From assembly GCA_022786995.1 (NCBI GenBank), contig JALFUW010000073.1, forward strand, positions 12,894 through 76,893: a stretch of 64,000 bases of DNA. Reading direction: 5' to 3'. Each line of letters starts with the position of its first letter. The first letter of the stretch is position 1. Under the pieces are notes generated by a model. The model saw only the letters and a program-made list of their open reading frames with translations. It searched no databases and was not told the origin of the DNA. This document shows, in pieces, positions 6,970-15,939 of the stretch. This stretch comes from Clostridiales bacterium (GTDB lineage Bacteria; Bacillota; Clostridia; Oscillospirales; Oscillospiraceae). The translations under genes and the position numbers were made by a program.

Positions 6970-7680
6970 ATGGCAATGTGGAATCCCTGGCGGGGCTGCC
7001 ACCGCTGCAGTGAAGGCTGTAAATTCTGCTACATCCACAAGGGCGACGGGAAGCGGGGCGTAAATACCGATGAAATCGTAAAGACCGACAATTTTTACGC
7101 GCCCGTTGCCCGGAAGAAAAACGGCGAATACAAAATGAAGCCTGGGCTTGTGTATCTGGGCTTTTCCACGGATTTTCTGCTGCCGGACGCAGATGACTGG
7201 CGAAAAGAGTGCTGGGACATGATCCGGGAGCGCAATGACTGCACGTTCCTGTTTCTGACCAAGCGGATCGAGCGATTCATGGACTGTGTTCCCGAGGACT
7301 GGGGCGAAGGCTGGGACAACGTGGTGGTGGGCTGCACCGTGGAGAATCAGCGGCGGGCGGAGGAACGACTGGAAATCTTCTCGAAGCTTCCTGTCAGGCA
7401 TAAGTATATCATCTGTCAGCCCATGATTTCCGCCATCAATCTGGAAGCGTACTTAGACGGCGTGGAGCTGGTGATGGCGGGGGGAGAGTCCGACCGCTTT
7501 GCCAGACCTATGGACTACGCCTGGGTGCTGTCCCTGCGGGAGCAGTGCATCCGCAAGGGCGTGGCGTTCGAATTTCGGCAGTGTGGCACCCACTTTATAA
7601 AGGACGGCAGGGAATATACTCTGCAAAAGAAGGATTTGTGTTCCCAGGCCCGGAAAGCGAACATCAATTACCGTCCCTGA
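6970..7680 (+). CDS. DUF5131 (Gp37/Gp68-like, radical-SAM-related) protein
   Basis: WNPWRGCHRCSEGCKFCY, FLFLTKR, GCTVENQ and GGES motifs. Confidence 0.85.
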   Translation: MAMWNPWRGCHRCSEGCKFCYIHKGDGKRGVNTDEIVKTDNFYAPVARKKNGEYKMKPGLVYLGFSTDFLLPDADDWRKECWDMIRERNDCTFLFLTKRIERFMDCVPEDWGEGWDNVVVGCTVENQRRAEERLEIFSKLPVRHKYIICQPMISAINLEAYLDGVELVMAGGESDRFARPMDYAWVLSLREQCIRKGVAFEFRQCGTHFIKDGREYTLQKKDLCSQARKANINYRP

Positions 7681-7756
7681 CCATAGAAATACGCCCCTTT
7701 CTGGCCCTGTACGGACGGCGGGGAAAGGGGTATGATGGAAAAAAGGAGGCGTTTTT

Positions 7757-8302
7757 ATGTATGAAGAAATCACTTCTCAAGCCAGCACTGCCATTTCGGA
7801 ACTGCTGGAGCAGGCGAAGCTGAAACCCGGTTCCCTGCTGGTGATCGGCTGCTCCTCCAGTGAAATGGTGGGCAGCCGTATCGGCAAAGGCTCCAGCGAG
7901 GAAGCGGCGAAGGCGGCCTTCGAGGGTATTTACCCGGTGCTTCGGGAACGGGGAATCTATCTCGCGGTTCAGTGCTGCGAGCACCTGAACCGTGCCCTGA
8001 TTCTGGAACGGGAGGCGGCAGAAAAACGGGGCTATGAGCCTGTCAACGTCAAACCCCAGCCCAAGGCCGGCGGCTGGTTTGCCGTCACCGCCTGGAACGC
8101 CTTTTCTGACCCGGTGGCGGTGGAAGAAATCCGGGCTGACGCGGGGATGGACATTGGCGGCACCCTGATTGGGATGCACTTAAAGCCGGTAGCCGTGCCG
8201 GTACGCACCAGTGTGAAACAGATTGGACAGGCAATCGTCCTCTTTGCCCGCACCCGGCCCAAATACATCGGTGGCCCCCGGGCGGTTTATCAGGATCTGT
8301 AA
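7757..8302 (+). CDS. TIGR01440/UPF0340 (YwlG-like) protein
   Basis: GCSSSE, QCCEHLNRAL, DIGGTLIGMHLK and RPKYIGGPRA motifs. Confidence 0.9.
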   Translation: MYEEITSQASTAISELLEQAKLKPGSLLVIGCSSSEMVGSRIGKGSSEEAAKAAFEGIYPVLRERGIYLAVQCCEHLNRALILEREAAEKRGYEPVNVKPQPKAGGWFAVTAWNAFSDPVAVEEIRADAGMDIGGTLIGMHLKPVAVPVRTSVKQIGQAIVLFARTRPKYIGGPRAVYQDL

Positions 8303-8305
8303 TAC

Positions 8306-8338
8306 AAAATGGACTGCCCATGTGGGACAGTCCATTTT
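8306..8338. terminator. Probable bidirectional terminator
   Basis: aaaatggactg...cagtccatttt between convergent genes. Confidence 0.7.
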
Positions 8339-8383
8339 CCTGCTTGTGCTTGTCAACTATTTTGCACTTTATCTAACGAATCA

Positions 8384-8686
8384 CCCTTGGCTCCCCCTCT
8401 GGGGGAGCTGTCAGCGTCAGTTGACTGAGGGGGTGTCCCTCTTTCGAATGAAACTCCCTCCGACTTCGCTTGCGCTCAGCCACCTCCCTCATAGAGCAAT
8501 GTCATCAACTTAAGGACGTTCTGTAGGGGCCGATGCCCACATCGGCCCGTGCACAATGTTCCGAATTCGCCGCAAACTGGTGAAAAAATGTAGCATTCAC
8601 CGCGGGGCGATGTGCCTCAATCGCCCCCTACGCGGCGGTGGTCTATGCTTAAGTGGATGACATTGCCTCATAGAGGGAGGCAAGGG
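8384..8686. repeat. Palindromic intergenic repeat (gctccccc..gggggagc / cctccctc..gagggagg type) interrupted by a MITE
   Basis: Ends cccttg/caaggg; the last hairpin is split by the insertion at 8496-8666. Confidence 0.7.
8496..8666. mobile_element. 171-bp MITE with 19-bp TIRs and 8-bp target duplication, carrying a GTAG REP pair
   Basis: TIR gcaatgtcatcaacttaag / cttaagtggatgacattgc (18/19); TSD ctcataga at 8488-8495 and 8667-8674; GTAG palindromes at 8523-8549 and 8603-8631. Confidence 0.85.
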
Positions 8687-8746
8687 ATACGGGCTTAATT
8701 AACAATGTTCTTCTTTATCTGCTTGCCGTACATCTTTGCGACTTTT

Positions 8747-9514
8747 TCACATGTCCGCCTCCGGCAGACAGTGCATCTGGGTCTGGCCCAGCACCCGGAA
8801 GCCTTCGGCCTGCCCCTTCAGACTGCGGATGCCGAAATCCAAAGCGCGGAGCTTCAGATACAGCCGGATGCTGTTTGCCCCGGCGCAGCCCGCCGGGAAC
8901 TGGCTTTCGTGGCAGGTGAAAATCGCGTCCAGCTGTTTTGACAGATGTCCCCGGGTGCAGACAAAGCGGTTGGGCCGGGCGGTCATGTAGTAAGCCAGCG
9001 CCTGAATCGGGGCGGGTTTTGTGCCATATTGCGCCATAATTCCGCCATTGGAAGCCAGATACGCAAGTCTTCTGACCGCATGTCCAACATTCAGATGATC
9101 CACATGACATTCACTCCCCACCCAGGGGTCTGGAGCAAAGATCGCTTCCGGCTGCACGTCTCCGATGACCTTCGCAATGCCGGAAAACAGCTCCTCCTGT
9201 GGATAAAATCCACCGTCGGAAAGCCCCAGAAACCGCACATTCGTGACACCCAGCAGCCCGGCAGAGCGCTGGGCTTCTTCCTTGCGCACAGCCGCCAGCG
9301 CTTGCCCCCGAAGGGCGGTATTCTCATCGCCGTAACGGCCATCGGTGCAGATCAGGAAGGTGACCTGCTTGCCGAGGGTGACCAGACGGGACACGGTGGC
9401 TCCCGCACCGATCTCAATATCATCCGGGTGAGGGCCGACGAAGAGATAGCGGTCAAAGCCTTCCAAATCGGGAAGCGGCGCGGCAAAGCGCAGGGCAAGC
9501 TTTGTCAGGCTCAT
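8747..9514 (-). CDS. PIG-L/LmbE family N-acetyl-sugar deacetylase
   Basis: PHPDD, R..E...S...LG and HVDH motifs. Confidence 0.9.
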   Translation of the reverse strand: MSLTKLALRFAAPLPDLEGFDRYLFVGPHPDDIEIGAGATVSRLVTLGKQVTFLICTDGRYGDENTALRGQALAAVRKEEAQRSAGLLGVTNVRFLGLSDGGFYPQEELFSGIAKVIGDVQPEAIFAPDPWVGSECHVDHLNVGHAVRRLAYLASNGGIMAQYGTKPAPIQALAYYMTARPNRFVCTRGHLSKQLDAIFTCHESQFPAGCAGANSIRLYLKLRALDFGIRSLKGQAEGFRVLGQTQMHCLPEADM

Positions 9515-10992
9515 GCTTTGCGCCCCTTTCGCCGGGCCAGTTCCCGGCAGATATCCTCATAGCGGTCTTCGTCCAGCGTGTAATGATTGCGGTAGATCAG
9601 ATAGGAAATCAGCATCAGGACGAAGGGCACGATGGTGAAGGACAGGAACAGCCCCCGGGTCTGCCAGGGCTGAACCGTCGAAAGAACGCTTTCGATGGAA
9701 GACAGCTTTTGGGCTTCCGAAATGGCGCCCAGCGCGGCAGCGTTTTCCAGCTGAGAAATCTGATTGGTGCAGGCTGTAACCCGGCACACCAGGTAGGAAA
9801 GAGACGTGACAGCCACAACCAGAGCGGAGCCGAGCTTGGTCAGGAAGGGCCGAAGGGAGGTGATGATGGCCTCGTCCCGGACACCGTGGAGGTATTCGTT
9901 ATATTCCACCGTATTGATAATGGAGATCATCATGATCAGGTAGAAGCTGTACTGACCGAAGTTTGCGAACATGTTGAAGAAGGTAATGGCCCAGAACCGG
10001 GCGGTGGAATTGCCGATCAGGAAGCCGGAGAGAATGGTCAGAGCGTAGCCGGCGGCGGAAATCCAAAGCATCCGCTTCATGAGCTGTTTCCTGTGAATAC
10101 GGCGGCTGATGGCGGGATAGGCGACCATCAGAACAGCGGTAGCCATCATGCCCAGGGTGTTGAATATGGAGTACAGCCCGCCGTTGTAGCCGAAGTCCAG
10201 ATACACATAGGTGGACGCAAGACCGCCCACAGCCAGACCGTTGCCGATCTGGTGAATCAGGAAGGCCAAGGCGATCCAGCGCAGCTGGTCGTTGCCGGCA
10301 ATCGTCTTCCAGATGCGCTGAAAGCTGATGGGGGTGGGCGCCTGGGGCTGTTTCGAGGGCTGTTCCCTGACGCCGAAGATGGTGAAGCACAAAAACAGCG
10401 GCGCAATGATGCTGATAATCAGGGCAATGCGCCCGTAGGCGGTCATGGCGCTGCCACCCAGCGCCATGGAGCCGGTGGTGAACATGGGAATCAGCATGGC
10501 TGCCAGGGTGCCGCCGATGCCGGCGCAGAGAGTGGCCCGGCTGGTGAACTGGTTCCGGGCATCCGCGTCGGAGCTGAGGGCGGCCACCATGCCCCAGTAG
10601 GAGATGTCGTGCATAGTGAAGGCGATGGAGTGGAGGAAGTACATAACGCCGAAGAAGACGATGAAGCTCCAGCCCTGCAGGGAGGTGTTGAAGGTGGCGG
10701 TGACCACGGCGGAGGTGGACGCAATGCCAATGACCAGCCAGGGCTTGAACTTACCGAACCGGGTGCGGGTGCGTTCGATGATATTGCCCATGATGGGGTC
10801 ATTCAACCCGTCAAACACCCGGGCTGCCACCATGATGACGGTGACGGCGCTAAGCTGGGCAGCCGTCAGCTGCCGGGTGAACAGAATGTAGGTCAGAAGG
10901 AAGTTGGTAAACAGCGCGTAGCTCATGTCCCGGCCCACGGTGCCCAGAGGGAACATCCATAGGTTGCGGCGATTTCGTTTTGTTTCGTCCAT
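9511..10992 (-). CDS. Glycoside-pentoside-hexuronide (MelB-like) MFS symporter
   Basis: RVFDGLNDPIMG, TRTRFGKFKPW and ~12 TM segments; overlaps the deacetylase start. Confidence 0.9.
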   Translation of the reverse strand: MDETKRNRRNLWMFPLGTVGRDMSYALFTNFLLTYILFTRQLTAAQLSAVTVIMVAARVFDGLNDPIMGNIIERTRTRFGKFKPWLVIGIASTSAVVTATFNTSLQGWSFIVFFGVMYFLHSIAFTMHDISYWGMVAALSSDADARNQFTSRATLCAGIGGTLAAMLIPMFTTGSMALGGSAMTAYGRIALIISIIAPLFLCFTIFGVREQPSKQPQAPTPISFQRIWKTIAGNDQLRWIALAFLIHQIGNGLAVGGLASTYVYLDFGYNGGLYSIFNTLGMMATAVLMVAYPAISRRIHRKQLMKRMLWISAAGYALTILSGFLIGNSTARFWAITFFNMFANFGQYSFYLIMMISIINTVEYNEYLHGVRDEAIITSLRPFLTKLGSALVVAVTSLSYLVCRVTACTNQISQLENAAALGAISEAQKLSSIESVLSTVQPWQTRGLFLSFTIVPFVLMLISYLIYRNHYTLDEDRYEDICRELARRKGRKA

Positions 10993-11197
10993 AGCGGAAA
11001 ACCTCCCTGTTTCGAGTGCCAATATTGTACCATCCTTCCGGCGGCATGGCAATGCCTTCTGTGGAGGGAGGTGTTTTTTGTTGCTTCTGTGCAGATTGGG
11101 GCTGATGCTTTGTGGAGTTTGACGAATTATCCCCAGGAGGGAAAAGGATATCGGGCAGGATAGCCCCCGGAAAGGCGAATCCTGCCAGAATGAGTCA

Positions 11198-11226
11198 TTG
11201 ACAAGCTACAGGGCATTTGGTATCAT
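11198..11226 (+). promoter_or_regulatory. sigma-A promoter of pepV operon
   Basis: TTGACA-N17-TATCAT with extended TG. Confidence 0.65.
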
Positions 11227-11282
11227 AATTCTACTGCGATTCCGCCCCAAATCAGGGGCACAGGGTATGTGGGAGGTCAGCG

Positions 11283-12653
11283 ATGGAATTATCGGAATGT
11301 GTAACAAGACAGGAGCCGGCGCTGCTACAGTGCCTTCGGGAAAACCTGCGGATTCCCAGCGTTCAGGGGGAACCTGAGGAGGGAATGCCCTATGGCAGGG
11401 AGGTTCGAAGGAGCCTTGATCATGTGCTGGCGGCGGCGGAAGCGCTGGGCTTTGCCACCGTGAATATGGACGGCCAGCTGGGCTGGTGTGAGTATGGCTC
11501 CGGCGAGGAAATGGTTGCCGTGCTGGGCCATCTGGACGTGGTGCCTGCCGGGAATGATTGGAGCTTTGACCCCTGGGGCGGCGAGAGCCGGGACGGCCGG
11601 ATTTTCGGCCGGGGCTCCATGGATGACAAAGGCCCCGCCATCGCGGCCCTGTTCGCGCTGGCGGCCCTGCGGGATTCCGGCCTGCCCATCCGCCGACGGA
11701 TCCGGGTGCTCTGGGGCTGCAACGAGGAAAGCGGCTCTGCCGATATGAAGTATTACCTTGCTCACAATGGGGAGATTCCCGTGATGGGCTTTACCCCCGA
11801 CGGTGAGTACCCGGTGATCAACGGTGAAAAGGGTATCATCAATGCAACCTTCGAGCGGGAAATGGATCAGGTTGGCGATCTGCGGCTGATTTCCCTCCAC
11901 GGCGGCACGGCGCCCAACGTGGTTCCGTCCTCCGCCTGTGCCAAGCTGGCCTGCTCCAAAGAACTGGCGCAGCGTCTGGCGTTGCTTCACGCGCCGAAGC
12001 TTCGCTTTACGGCGACGGAATATGGTCTGTTCCTGGAAGCCGAGGGCGTCAACGCCCATGGCAGCACCCCGGAACTGGGAGAAAACGCCATCGGACGGCT
12101 GATTCTGGCGCTGGATACCCTGCCCTTGGAGGGCCAGACCAGAGAAGCCATCCACTTCCTTGCGGAAACGCTGGGAATGGAGACCGACGGCAAGTCGGCG
12201 GGAATTGCCCTGTCGGATGCAGTGTCCGGCGGGCTGACCCTGAACTGGGGCACGCTGCTGGTTGAGAATGACCGCCTGCAAATGAAGATCAACTACCGTT
12301 ACCCTGTGACGAAATCCTACACTGACTGCGCGCCGGTTCTGGACGCAAAATTTGCCGCCGCCGGGTTTACCAAAGCCGCCGAGCAGCACAAGGAAAAGCT
12401 GTATGTCCCGGAGGATAGCCGATTGGTGAAAACCCTAATGAAGGTCTACCGGGAGCAGACGGGTCTGGATGATAGGCCAAAATCCATCGGCGGCGGTACC
12501 TACGCCAAGAGTTTGCCGAATATTGTGGCCTTCGGCCCCATTTTTCCCGGCGATGAGGTTCGGGAGCATAAGCCTGATGAATTCATCGAGGTTTCCCGGC
12601 TGATGGAAAACGCACAGATGATTGCTGCCGCCATGTACGAAATGGCGAAATAA
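11283..12653 (+). CDS. pepV: M20 dipeptidase PepV
   Basis: GHLDVVP, GRGSMDDKGP, NEESG, GEKG and GGGTYAK motifs. Confidence 0.92.
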   Translation: MELSECVTRQEPALLQCLRENLRIPSVQGEPEEGMPYGREVRRSLDHVLAAAEALGFATVNMDGQLGWCEYGSGEEMVAVLGHLDVVPAGNDWSFDPWGGESRDGRIFGRGSMDDKGPAIAALFALAALRDSGLPIRRRIRVLWGCNEESGSADMKYYLAHNGEIPVMGFTPDGEYPVINGEKGIINATFEREMDQVGDLRLISLHGGTAPNVVPSSACAKLACSKELAQRLALLHAPKLRFTATEYGLFLEAEGVNAHGSTPELGENAIGRLILALDTLPLEGQTREAIHFLAETLGMETDGKSAGIALSDAVSGGLTLNWGTLLVENDRLQMKINYRYPVTKSYTDCAPVLDAKFAAAGFTKAAEQHKEKLYVPEDSRLVKTLMKVYREQTGLDDRPKSIGGGTYAKSLPNIVAFGPIFPGDEVREHKPDEFIEVSRLMENAQMIAAAMYEMAK

Positions 12654-12668
12654 GGAAGGAGCACCCTT

Positions 12669-13766
12669 ATGAAAATTACAAAGGTTCGCCTGGGCCGGAT
12701 TTCCGTCCCCCTGCGCACACCCTTCAAGACGGCACTGCGCACCGTCAATTCCGTGGAGGACGTGATTGTTGAGATCCACACCGACTGCGGCGCGGTGGGC
12801 TATGGTGAAGCGCCTCCCACGGGAGCCATCACCGGCGATACCACCGGGGCCATCATCGGTGCCATTCAGGATCACATTGCCAAGACCATTGTGGGCCGGG
12901 AGGTGGACGAGCTCGAGCCGTTGCTGCAGTCTGTTCAGAAGAGTATCGTGGGCAACACCAGCGCCAAGGCCGCCGTGGATATGGCACTGTGGGATCTGTA
13001 TGGCCAGCTCTACAATATTCCTGTTTATAAACTCATGGGCGGCGCCCGCAAGCAAATCGTGACGGATATCACCATTTCCGTAAACGACCCGGAAACCATG
13101 GCGAAAGACGCCCTCATCGCCATTGGCCGGGGCTATGACTGCCTGAAAATGAAGGTGGGGGTAAACCCGGAGCTGGATGTGGCCCGGCTGGCAGCAGTCC
13201 GGGAGGCTGTGGGCAAAGACGTGGTCATCCGCATCGACGCCAATCAGGCCTGGCAGCCCAAGGAAGCCGTCAGAATCCTGAACAGGATGCAGGAGCGGGG
13301 GCTGGACATCGAGCTGGTGGAGCAGCCTGTCAAGGCCCACGACTATGAGGGCCTGAAGTACGTCACAGAGCGGAGTTTTGTGCCGGTGCTGGCGGACGAA
13401 GCGGTGTTCTCGCCTGAGGATGCCATGACCATCATGAAAATGGGCGCTGCCGATCTGATTAACATTAAGCTCATGAAGTGTGGCGGTCTGTACAACGCCC
13501 TGAAAATTGCCTCTGCCGCTGAGGTTTTCGGCGTGGAGTGCATGATCGGCTGTATGCTGGAAGCAAAAATTTCCGTCAACGCCGCCGTGCATCTAAGCTG
13601 CGCCAAAAATGTCATCACCAAGGTGGATCTGGACGGCCCTGTACTGTGCAGCGAGGATCCCATTCTCGGCGGCGCGGTGTTCAACGAGAAGGAGATCACG
13701 GTCTCCGATGCCCCCGGCCTGGGCATTCAGGGCATTGAGGCAGGAAAAATCCTCTATATCGACTGA
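12669..13766 (+). CDS. L-Ala-D/L-Glu dipeptide epimerase (enolase superfamily)
   Basis: KMK, DANQ, EQP, DE, NIKLMKCGG and DLD motifs. Confidence 0.92.
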   Translation: MKITKVRLGRISVPLRTPFKTALRTVNSVEDVIVEIHTDCGAVGYGEAPPTGAITGDTTGAIIGAIQDHIAKTIVGREVDELEPLLQSVQKSIVGNTSAKAAVDMALWDLYGQLYNIPVYKLMGGARKQIVTDITISVNDPETMAKDALIAIGRGYDCLKMKVGVNPELDVARLAAVREAVGKDVVIRIDANQAWQPKEAVRILNRMQERGLDIELVEQPVKAHDYEGLKYVTERSFVPVLADEAVFSPEDAMTIMKMGAADLINIKLMKCGGLYNALKIASAAEVFGVECMIGCMLEAKISVNAAVHLSCAKNVITKVDLDGPVLCSEDPILGGAVFNEKEITVSDAPGLGIQGIEAGKILYID

Positions 13767-13779
13767 CCCAATCACACAA

Positions 13780-13811
13780 GACTTCCCGTCCGGCAGGGCG
13801 GGAAGTTTTTT
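13780..13811 (+). terminator. Rho-independent terminator
   Basis: acttcccgtcc..gggcgggaagt followed by a T tract. Confidence 0.8.
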
Positions 13812-13816
13812 GCATC

Positions 13817-13881
13817 TTTACAAAACCTTAACATTCAGCCTGTCTGCTTTAACACCCTTTTTATGTTGATTCTTCTATGAT
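13817..13881 (+). promoter_or_regulatory. Putative KdpE (OmpR-type) direct-repeat boxes and -10 of the ktr operon
   Basis: TTTACA/TTAACA/TTAACA/TTTATG at 13817, 13828, 13849, 13860; TATGAT at 13876. Confidence 0.6.
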
Positions 13882-13915
13882 ATTGTCAAAACAACGGAGA
13901 AAAGGAGGCCAGGCC

Positions 13916-15247
13916 ATGTGGGCGGCTTTCAGTAACCGAAAACTTTCGTCCTCACAGATTATCCTTTTTGGTTTTCTGGCGGCGATTCTGGTGGGGGCGC
14001 TGCTGCTGAGACTGCCGGTTTCCGCGGCGGCGGGAGTGAGCACCCCCTTTCTTGATTGCCTGTTCACTTCCACCTCGGCGGTCTGCGTCACAGGTCTCAT
14101 CGTGCACGATACGGCGACCCACTGGTCTTCCTTTGGTCAGGCGGTGATTCTGCTGCTGATTCAGATTGGCGGCATGGGTGTTGTGACCGTCGCCGTTGCC
14201 CTGGCCATGGCTTCCGGAAAACGGATCACCCTGATGCAGCGCAGCACCATGCAGGATGCCATTTCCGCGCCGCAGGTGGGCGGTATTGTGCGTTTCACCG
14301 GGTTTATTCTCAAGGGCATCTTCCTTTTTGAGTTTTTGGGCGCACTGGTGCTGATGACGGTGTTTGTGCCGGAGCAGGGCCTGCGGGGGATCTGGCTGGC
14401 GGTATTTCACTCCGTCTCCGCTTTCTGCAACGCGGGCTTTGACCTGATGGGTAAACACGCGCCCTTTTCCTCTCTGACGGCCTATAACCAGAATCCGGTG
14501 GTGAACATCACGGTGATGCTTCTGATCGTCATTGGCGGCATCGGCTTTCTGACATGGCAGGATATTCGCCGCAATGGGCTGCATTTTCAGCGCTATCGGA
14601 TGCAGAGCAAGGTGATCCTGTCGGTCACAGGCATTCTGATTGCCCTGCCCACCCTCTATTTTTACTTTCTGGAATTTAACGAACTGCCGTTTCCTCAGCG
14701 GTTCTGGGGTTCCCTGTTTCAGGCGGTAACGCCGAGAACGGCGGGCTTCAACACGCTGGATCTCACCAGCCTGAGTGAGGTGGGGCAGATGGTAACCTGC
14801 CTGCTGATGCTCATTGGCGGCAGCCCCGGTTCTACGGCTGGTGGTATGAAGACCACCACGCTGGCAGTACTGCTCTGCTGCTCCGTGGCAGTCTTTCGAA
14901 AACGGCCCCATGGGCAGTATTTTGGGCGGCGCATCGCGGATGAGACGGTGAAGAACGCCGTCACTGTGTTTTTAATGTACATCACACTGTTTCTTACCGG
15001 CGGTATGGTCATCAGCGCGGTAGAGGGCCTGCCGCTGCTGACCTGCCTGTTTGAAAGCGCCTCGGCGGTTGGAACGGTGGGGTTGTCGCTGGGCATCACC
15101 CCGGGACTGGGCACGGTTTCCCGGCTGGTGCTGATCGCGCTGATGTTCTTCGGCAGAGTGGGGGGACTGACCCTGATCTTTGCCACCCTGCCCGCCAATC
15201 GAAATACCCTCTCCAGGCTTCCCCTGGAGAAGATTACAGTCGGATAA
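13916..15247 (+). CDS. ktrB: Trk/Ktr potassium transporter membrane subunit (KtrB/TrkH)
   Basis: Four selectivity-filter motifs CVTGL, CNAGF, RTAGF and GTVGL; GGSPGSTAGGMK. Confidence 0.92.
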   Translation: MWAAFSNRKLSSSQIILFGFLAAILVGALLLRLPVSAAAGVSTPFLDCLFTSTSAVCVTGLIVHDTATHWSSFGQAVILLLIQIGGMGVVTVAVALAMASGKRITLMQRSTMQDAISAPQVGGIVRFTGFILKGIFLFEFLGALVLMTVFVPEQGLRGIWLAVFHSVSAFCNAGFDLMGKHAPFSSLTAYNQNPVVNITVMLLIVIGGIGFLTWQDIRRNGLHFQRYRMQSKVILSVTGILIALPTLYFYFLEFNELPFPQRFWGSLFQAVTPRTAGFNTLDLTSLSEVGQMVTCLLMLIGGSPGSTAGGMKTTTLAVLLCCSVAVFRKRPHGQYFGRRIADETVKNAVTVFLMYITLFLTGGMVISAVEGLPLLTCLFESASAVGTVGLSLGITPGLGTVSRLVLIALMFFGRVGGLTLIFATLPANRNTLSRLPLEKITVG

Positions 15248-15261
15248 AGGAAGGATCGCTT

Positions 15262-15909
15262 ATGAAATCCATTATGCTCATCGGCTTGGGCCGATTCGGA
15301 AAGCACATCGCCATGAAGCTGCGGGAGCTGAACCATCAGGTTATGGCGGTAGACCACAAGGAAGACAGAGTACAGCAGATCCTGCCCTATGTCACCAACG
15401 CCCAGATCGGCGACAGCACCAACGAGGAGTTTCTGCGTTCTCTGGGCGTGGACAATTACGATGTCTGCATTGTCGCCATCGGAGACGATTTCCAAAGCTC
15501 CTTGGAAACCACCTCGCTTCTAAAAGAACTGGGGGCCAAGATGGTGGTGTCCCGGGCGGCGACGGACGTCCAGGAGAAGTTTCTCCTGCGCAACGGCGCC
15601 GACGAAGTGGTGTACCCGGAAAAACAGCTGGCCCGGTGGACGGCCATTCGGTGCAGCGCCGACCATATCCTCGATTACATTGAAATCGACAAGGAACACG
15701 CGATTTTTGAGGTCAGCATCCCCAAGGCCTGGCTGGGAAAGACCGTGGGACAGGTGGATATCCGCAAAAAATACGGCATCAACATTCTGGCGGTAAAGAC
15801 CGGCCAGAAGCTGAATGCTTTCATCACCTCGGATACCCCGCTTTCCGAGGAAAAGACCCTGATGGTCATGGGAAAGTACAAGGATCTGCAAAAATGCTTC
15901 AAAATCTAG
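15262..15909 (+). CDS. ktrA: Trk/Ktr RCK regulatory subunit (KtrA/TrkA)
   Basis: IGLGRFG, GADEVVYPE and an RCK_C domain. Confidence 0.92.
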   Translation: MKSIMLIGLGRFGKHIAMKLRELNHQVMAVDHKEDRVQQILPYVTNAQIGDSTNEEFLRSLGVDNYDVCIVAIGDDFQSSLETTSLLKELGAKMVVSRAATDVQEKFLLRNGADEVVYPEKQLARWTAIRCSADHILDYIEIDKEHAIFEVSIPKAWLGKTVGQVDIRKKYGINILAVKTGQKLNAFITSDTPLSEEKTLMVMGKYKDLQKCFKI

Positions 15910-15939
15910 TGATGGTTTCTTCTGAAAGGGGGGACAGCT

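Noticed and set aside
9502-10962. Long antisense ORFs (e.g. 9502-10962 +, 19175-20683 -, 16927-18306 -, 61505-63214 -)
   Set aside because: Shadow frames of GC-rich, codon-biased genes on the opposite strand; no SD or recognisable motifs
13770-13915. c-di-AMP (ydaO) riboswitch upstream of ktrB
   Set aside because: The leader is too short and lacks the aptamer motifs; direct-repeat boxes explain the region better
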